From a candidate division WOR-3 bacterium (GTDB taxonomy: Bacteria > Hydrothermota > Tepidihabitantia > Tepidihabitantales > Tepidihabitantaceae), in the NCBI GenBank assembly GCA_965649225.1, contig CBFGJX010000025.1, forward strand, positions 1-30,641: a DNA stretch of 30,641 nt, read 5' to 3'. This document shows positions 26,205 through 30,641 of this stretch, piece by piece. The notes beneath the pieces were generated by a model, which was not told where the DNA came from, ran no database searches, and was given only the letters and a program-made list of their open reading frames with translations. Within the stretch, counting starts at the first letter, position 1. Every line of letters starts with the position of its first letter. Position numbers and translations under genes: made by a program.

Positions 26205-27564
26205 AATGCTTTCTAATCTCCTGACTTACGATTTCGAGCGCAATCGCCCGGGAACCTTTGACCAGGATTCTATCCCCAGCCCTGATAATGTCAAACACCG
26301 CCTCAGCCGCGGCCCGGCTGTCGGCAAAAAGCCAGCTTCGGTTCGCCGCAAGGCCGGCCGCGATCGCGCCCCGGACGGTATGCTCGCCCATACTTCCAAC
26401 CGCCACCAGCCGGTCAACTGCGCCGGCGGCATCCCGGCCCAGCGCCTCGTGCAGTTCAGCCGAACGCGACCCAAGCTCCAGCATGTCGCCGAGCACTGCC
26501 AGTCGCCGCTCTCTGGGTGCGGACCCGGCAAGCACCCCCAGCGCCGCCTTCATCGACTGCGGGTTGGAATTGTAGCAGTCCTCAATCAGCACAACCTCGC
26601 CCAGGTCCACGACCGCCAACCGCAGCGGTGGCGGCCTGAACCCCTCGAGTCCGGCAACAATGTCTTCCCAGTCCAGTTCCAGCGCCCGGGCCGCCGCAGC
26701 CGCCGCCAGTGCATTGCTGACGTTGTGCCGTCCCGGCAACGGCAATCGGACCGGATACCTGCCCATCAGTCGGAAACGGACACCGCTGATCGAATCCTGA
26801 ATATCGCCTCCGAACACGTCAGCGGCCCGTTCAAGGCCAAAGGTTATCCGTCGCAGTCGGGGGAAACGCCCGCCGATATCCATCACCAGGTGGTCATCGG
26901 CGTTCAGGACCGCTGTGCCTCCCGGCCCCAGCACCCCGAGCAGTTCCGCCTTTTCCTCGGCCACGCCGGCCCGGTCATGCATGAACTCCAGATGGGTATC
27001 GCCGACATTGGTAATGATGCCAATCTCCGGGGCACAGATTCGACCCAGCCGGTCAGTGCCGCCCAGCTCGTTCATTTCAATCTCAAAAACTGCAACTTCA
27101 GTCTGCCGGTCAAGACGCAGCACGGTCAACGGCACGCCGACATCGTTGTTGTAGCTGCCCTCCGGCACCAGTGTCCGCAGCCGGCGACCCAGCACCGCTC
27201 CGAGCATCTCCTTGGTAGTGGTCTTGCCGTTGGAGCCGGTCACCGCCACTGCCCGGACCGGCATCAGCCGACGATACCACCCGGCAACCCGTCCCAGTGC
27301 CGCCAGCGTATCATCAACCACCACCACCGCACCGGCGGCCGGCATTGCCGCAGCGTCACTGACCATCACTCCGCAGGCACCGGCGGCAATCGCCGCGGCA
27401 CAGAAACGGTGCCCGTCGAGCCGCTTGCCCCGCAGCGCAACGTACAGCTCGCCGGGCCGAATCGTCCGGCTGTCAATCGAAACACCCGGCACCAGGCAGT
27501 CACCGCCCCGCACGACCTGACCGTTGCACGCGGCAACGATATCGGTCAGCCGTTGTGGTTCCAT
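26185..27564 (-). CDS. murF: UDP-MurNAc-tripeptide--D-Ala-D-Ala ligase
   Basis: IDSR, DGH.F, VTGSNGKTTTKE, NNDVGVP, DCYNSNP.SM, GDMLELG and KGSR motifs. Overlaps the next gene by 20 nt. Confidence 0.95.
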   Translation of the reverse strand: MEPQRLTDIVAACNGQVVRGGDCLVPGVSIDSRTIRPGELYVALRGKRLDGHRFCAAAIAAGACGVMVSDAAAMPAAGAVVVVDDTLAALGRVAGWYRRLMPVRAVAVTGSNGKTTTKEMLGAVLGRRLRTLVPEGSYNNDVGVPLTVLRLDRQTEVAVFEIEMNELGGTDRLGRICAPEIGIITNVGDTHLEFMHDRAGVAEEKAELLGVLGPGGTAVLNADDHLVMDIGGRFPRLRRITFGLERAADVFGGDIQDSISGVRFRLMGRYPVRLPLPGRHNVSNALAAAAAARALELDWEDIVAGLEGFRPPPLRLAVVDLGEVVLIEDCYNSNPQSMKAALGVLAGSAPRERRLAVLGDMLELGSRSAELHEALGRDAAGAVDRLVAVGSMGEHTVRGAIAAGLAANRSWLFADSRAAAEAVFDIIRAGDRILVKGSRAIALEIVSQEIRKHYGRKAD

Positions 27565-27565
27565 G

Positions 27566-28588
27566 CTAGACAATCAGCATCGCATCGCCGAAGCTGTAGA
27601 AGCGATAGCGCTGCTCGATCGCGTGCCGATAGGCAGCCATAATCAGCTCGCGTCCGGCCAGCGCCGCAACCAGCATCAAAAGTGTCGAACGCGGCAGGTG
27701 AAAATTGGTCAGCAGTGCCCCGCACACTTTCCATCGGTAACCGGGGTAAATGAACAGATTCAGCTCTCCACTGCCGGCCCGCAGCCGCCAGCCCTGTGCC
27801 GTCGGTTCTGCCTGACCTTCCACCACCCGCACAGTTGTCGTGCCCACACACACCACCCGCCGCCCGGCCGCCAGCGCGCGGTTCAACTGCTCGGCCGCCG
27901 CTGCCGACAGCTCAAACCGCTCCGGGTGCATCTGGTGTTCCTCAACCCGGTCGACCGCGACCGGCCGGAAGGTACCCAGCCCGGCATGCAGTGTTACCGT
28001 TGCCGTCTCAATCCCCTGCCGACGCAGACCATCCAGGAGCTCAGGGGTGAAATGCAGTCCGGCTGTCGGCGCGGCAACCGCCCCGGGAAAACGGGCGTAG
28101 ACTGTCTGATAGCGGTCAGGCTCCGGGCAGGGCTCCTTGATATAGGGCGGCAAGGCAATCTCCCCGCGTTGTTGCAGGAGCACCGTCAGGTCGGACGGCT
28201 CGAACCTCACCAGCCGCACCCCATCCGGACGGCGCTCGAGAACTACTGCCCGGTGAGTATCAAAACTCAACTCCGTGCCGATTCGGGCCTTGCGCGCAGG
28301 TCGTGCCAGCACCTGCCACACTCCCTCCCCCATGTCGGTCAACAGCAACAGCTCGATTTGACCGCCGGTCGGCAACCGGCCGAACAGCCGCGCCGGTATC
28401 ACCCGGGTATCGTTCAACACCAGCAGGTCGCCGGCCGCAAGCCAGCGGCCGATATCGGCAAACAACCCGTCGGTGAACCGGCCCTGCCGGCGGTCGACCA
28501 CCAGCATTCGGGAAGCATCACGCCGCTCCAGCGGCCGCTGGGCAATCAGCTCCGGCGGCAGCTCGTAATCGAAATCCGCGACCAGCAT
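27566..28588 (-). CDS. queA: S-adenosylmethionine:tRNA ribosyltransferase-isomerase
   Basis: FDYELPPELIAQ, NDTRVIPAR, LPPYI, YQTVYA, AAPTAGLHFT, TNFHLPRSTL and YRFYSFGDAM motifs; start trimmed to ATG 28588. Confidence 0.97.
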   Translation of the reverse strand: MLVADFDYELPPELIAQRPLERRDASRMLVVDRRQGRFTDGLFADIGRWLAAGDLLVLNDTRVIPARLFGRLPTGGQIELLLLTDMGEGVWQVLARPARKARIGTELSFDTHRAVVLERRPDGVRLVRFEPSDLTVLLQQRGEIALPPYIKEPCPEPDRYQTVYARFPGAVAAPTAGLHFTPELLDGLRRQGIETATVTLHAGLGTFRPVAVDRVEEHQMHPERFELSAAAAEQLNRALAAGRRVVCVGTTTVRVVEGQAEPTAQGWRLRAGSGELNLFIYPGYRWKVCGALLTNFHLPRSTLLMLVAALAGRELIMAAYRHAIEQRYRFYSFGDAMLIV

Positions 28589-28649
28589 GGTGTCAGGGCC
28601 AAATGTGCGACATTGCGAAGGGCAAGAAATCACCGACCCGCCGCCCGGA

Positions 28650-29534
28650 CTACCCCAGCTCCTGCCCGGTCAGCAGCCGGTACGCCTCCCGGTAGCGTGC
28701 CGCAGTTCCGGCGATAACCTCGGCCGGCAGATTCGGTGCCGGCGGCCGCTTGTTCCAGCCGCTCGCCAGCAGCCAGTCCCGAACAAACTGCTTGTCAAAG
28801 CTCGGGGGCGAGCTGCCCGGCTGATACTCCTTTGCCGACCAGAATCGCGAAGAATCCGGCGTCAGCACCTCGTCAATCAGGATCACGTCATTGCCAAGCA
28901 TTCCAAACTCGAACTTGGTATCGGCGATGATAATCCCGCGCTCGAGCGCATAAGCCGCCGCCTGACGATAGATGTCAACCGCCACCGCCTTGACAAAAGC
29001 CGTCAGTGCGCCGCCGACCATCTCCGCCATCTTTGCCTCAGAAATGTTCTCGTCGTGACCGGTTGTCGCCTTGGTCGCCGGGGTAAAAATCGGATACGGC
29101 AGCTTGTCGGCCTGACGCAGACCGGGCGGCAATTCGATACCGCACACCCGGCCGCTGTCGCGATACTCATTCCAGCCCGAACCGGCCAGGTAGCCGCGCA
29201 CGACACACTCAACCGGCAACGGCCGGGTCTTGCGCACCAGCATCGACCGTCCTGCCAGCTGCTCGCGGTACGGCGCCAGCTCGGCCGGGTAGTCGGCAGG
29301 GTCAACGCTCACCATGTGGTTGGCGATCACACCGCTGAACCGCCGGAACCAGAAAGCCGAAAGCTGAGTCAGCACCTTGCCCTTGCCGGGAATCGGGTCC
29401 GGCAGCACAACATCGAACGCCGAAAGCCGATCGGTACAGACCAGCAGCAGATGCTCACCGACATCGAAAATGTCGCGCACCTTGCCCTGCGCGATCCGCT
29501 TCACATTGCCCAGATCTGCCTGCAGCAGTGCCAT
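28650..29534 (-). CDS. purC: SAICAR synthetase
   Basis: GKVRD, DRLSAFD, ECVVRGY, FTPATKA, ADTKFEFG, DEVLTPDSSR and DKQFVRD motifs. Confidence 0.97.
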   Translation of the reverse strand: MALLQADLGNVKRIAQGKVRDIFDVGEHLLLVCTDRLSAFDVVLPDPIPGKGKVLTQLSAFWFRRFSGVIANHMVSVDPADYPAELAPYREQLAGRSMLVRKTRPLPVECVVRGYLAGSGWNEYRDSGRVCGIELPPGLRQADKLPYPIFTPATKATTGHDENISEAKMAEMVGGALTAFVKAVAVDIYRQAAAYALERGIIIADTKFEFGMLGNDVILIDEVLTPDSSRFWSAKEYQPGSSPPSFDKQFVRDWLLASGWNKRPPAPNLPAEVIAGTAARYREAYRLLTGQELG

Positions 29535-29597
29535 CACCTCACCTCACAACCGGTTTTATCCCGTGCCGAACAGCAGCCGGCCGCCGCTTTTTGCCGG

Positions 29598-30107
29598 TCA
29601 TCGGCTCTCTCGCTGCAACGCCCTTGACTTTACCGCCACCTCTCTCGCCATGGCCTGCCGGTATGCAACCAGCCTGCGAGCCAAACCCGAATCGGCCAAG
29701 GCCAGCATTTGCACTGCCAGCAGTCCGGCATTGACCGCACCGGCCTTGCCCACTGCCACACAGGCCACCGGCACACCACCGGGCATCTGCACTGTCGACA
29801 ACAACGCATCCAGTCCGCCCAGCCCGCCCTCCAGCGGCACGCCAATCACCGGCAGTGTCGTATTACTTGCCACTGCCCCGGCGAGGTGAGCTGCCTTCCC
29901 GGCTCCGGCAATGAAAATCCTGATGCCTCGCTTTGGTGCCGACCGCACATAGGCCCGGCACCGGTCCGGGGTTCGGTGGGCTGAAATCACCTCCACTTCA
30001 CACCCGACGCCAAACTGCTCCAGCACCCGGACCGCCTCGCTCATCACCGGCCAGTCCGAATCGCTGCCCATCAGTACTGCCACCTGCGGACTGCTTGCTC
30101 GACTCAT
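29598..30107 (-). CDS. purE: N5-CAIR mutase
   Basis: MGSDSD, SAHRTP, AGKAAHL, PVIGVP and QMPGGVPVA motifs. Confidence 0.97.
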   Translation of the reverse strand: MSRASSPQVAVLMGSDSDWPVMSEAVRVLEQFGVGCEVEVISAHRTPDRCRAYVRSAPKRGIRIFIAGAGKAAHLAGAVASNTTLPVIGVPLEGGLGGLDALLSTVQMPGGVPVACVAVGKAGAVNAGLLAVQMLALADSGLARRLVAYRQAMAREVAVKSRALQRESR

Positions 30108-30112
30108 GCCTC

Positions 30113-30140
30113 ATTCTAGAACTGCAGCCGCAGTTGTAAA
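30113..30140 (-). promoter_or_regulatory. Sigma70 promoter candidate (leaderless geometry) for purE
   Basis: TTTACA-16 nt-TAGAAT, 5 nt before the ATG. Confidence 0.6.
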
Positions 30141-30202
30141 GCAAGGAAAGCCGTCAGTGCGCCGGCAAAGCGCCGGCTTTCTGCCTGTCTGAACGGTAAC
30201 CG

Positions 30203-30641
30203 CTACGGCATCGTCAGGTAATACAGGCCGCTCTCGCTACCGTTGCTGTAACTGAAATAAACCCCTTCACTGGATGCAGCCAGTGCCAGCACCTGCCCCG
30301 CGCCCCGGTCAAGGTCCAACAGCACATCACCACTCCGCACAACCAGCGCGCGCAGGTCGCCCGGCACGGACCAGAACACCCGCGCCCCCGCCCCTCCCGG
30401 CCCCTCGGCCCCGGCCAGCAGCTCGATACCCTCGGCCGCTCCGCCCGAATCCAGCACATAGCGCCGGCCGCTGCCGTCCAGCCCGACCATGCCCAGCCGA
30501 CCCGGACCGGTCTCGGCCCAGTACACATCCGCCCCGACAACCACCAGCCCGTCACGCTCCGACAACCTGCCCGGCGCCACAAACCCGCCTGGCACCAGTG
30601 GCTCACTCTGTCGCGTCGCCAGCGTGAGCTTGCGAATCTCG
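30203..30641 (-). CDS. 3' part of a hypothetical beta-propeller-like protein (start beyond the window)
   Basis: Frame is open to the right edge (EIRKLTLATRQSEPLVPGG...). Blade-like motifs VYWAE, VFWS and VYFS recur about every 40-50 aa. Confidence 0.6.
   Translation of the reverse strand, partial: EIRKLTLATRQSEPLVPGGFVAPGRLSERDGLVVVGADVYWAETGPGRLGMVGLDGSGRRYVLDSGGAAEGIELLAGAEGPGGAGARVFWSVPGDLRALVVRSGDVLLDLDRGAGQVLALAASSEGVYFSYSNGSESGLYYLTMP

Noticed and set aside
26131..29627. Long plus-strand ORFs of 503, 397 and 346 aa
   Set aside because: Antisense shadows of murF, queA and purC; no motifs, and expected in GC-rich coding DNA.
1..30641. CRISPR array, transposase, integrase or prophage genes
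   Set aside because: No regularly spaced direct repeats or such protein motifs were seen.

Overview
A gene-dense, GC-rich bacterial chromosomal segment with about 22 CDS. I found no rRNA, tRNA, CRISPR array or mobile element. It encodes four secreted modular hydrolases: two M14 zinc carboxypeptidases (one at 1-2425, missing from the ORF track because it runs off the left edge), an S8 subtilase and a phospholipase D-family protein. The three complete ones end in FlgD/T9SS-type C-terminal tails, which suggests an anaerobic, protein-degrading FCB-group/WOR-3-like organism (inference). Acyl-CoA and amino-acid fermentation genes include a butyrate-kinase-like gene coupled to iorAB, an acyl-CoA dehydrogenase divergent from a thiolase-fold + DUF35 pair, and a pyruvate-carboxyltransferase/biotin-carrier fusion next to a propionate/acetate-CoA ligase. 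Housekeeping genes are purE, purC, queA, murF, a ttcA-like gene, PMM/PGM and a queuosine-precursor transporter. Most worth a second look: (1) a thiolase-fold enzyme lacking its nucleophilic Cys; (2) a solo, very basic JAB/MPN protein followed by an orphan perfect ribosome-binding site; (3) a long RBS-sequestering hairpin upstream of the queuosine-precursor transporter; (4) a divergent kinase coupled to iorAB without ptb; (5) a C-terminal module shared by unrelated protease families; (6) repeated leaderless-type promoter geometry. All calls come from motif recognition by eye; no database searches were run.
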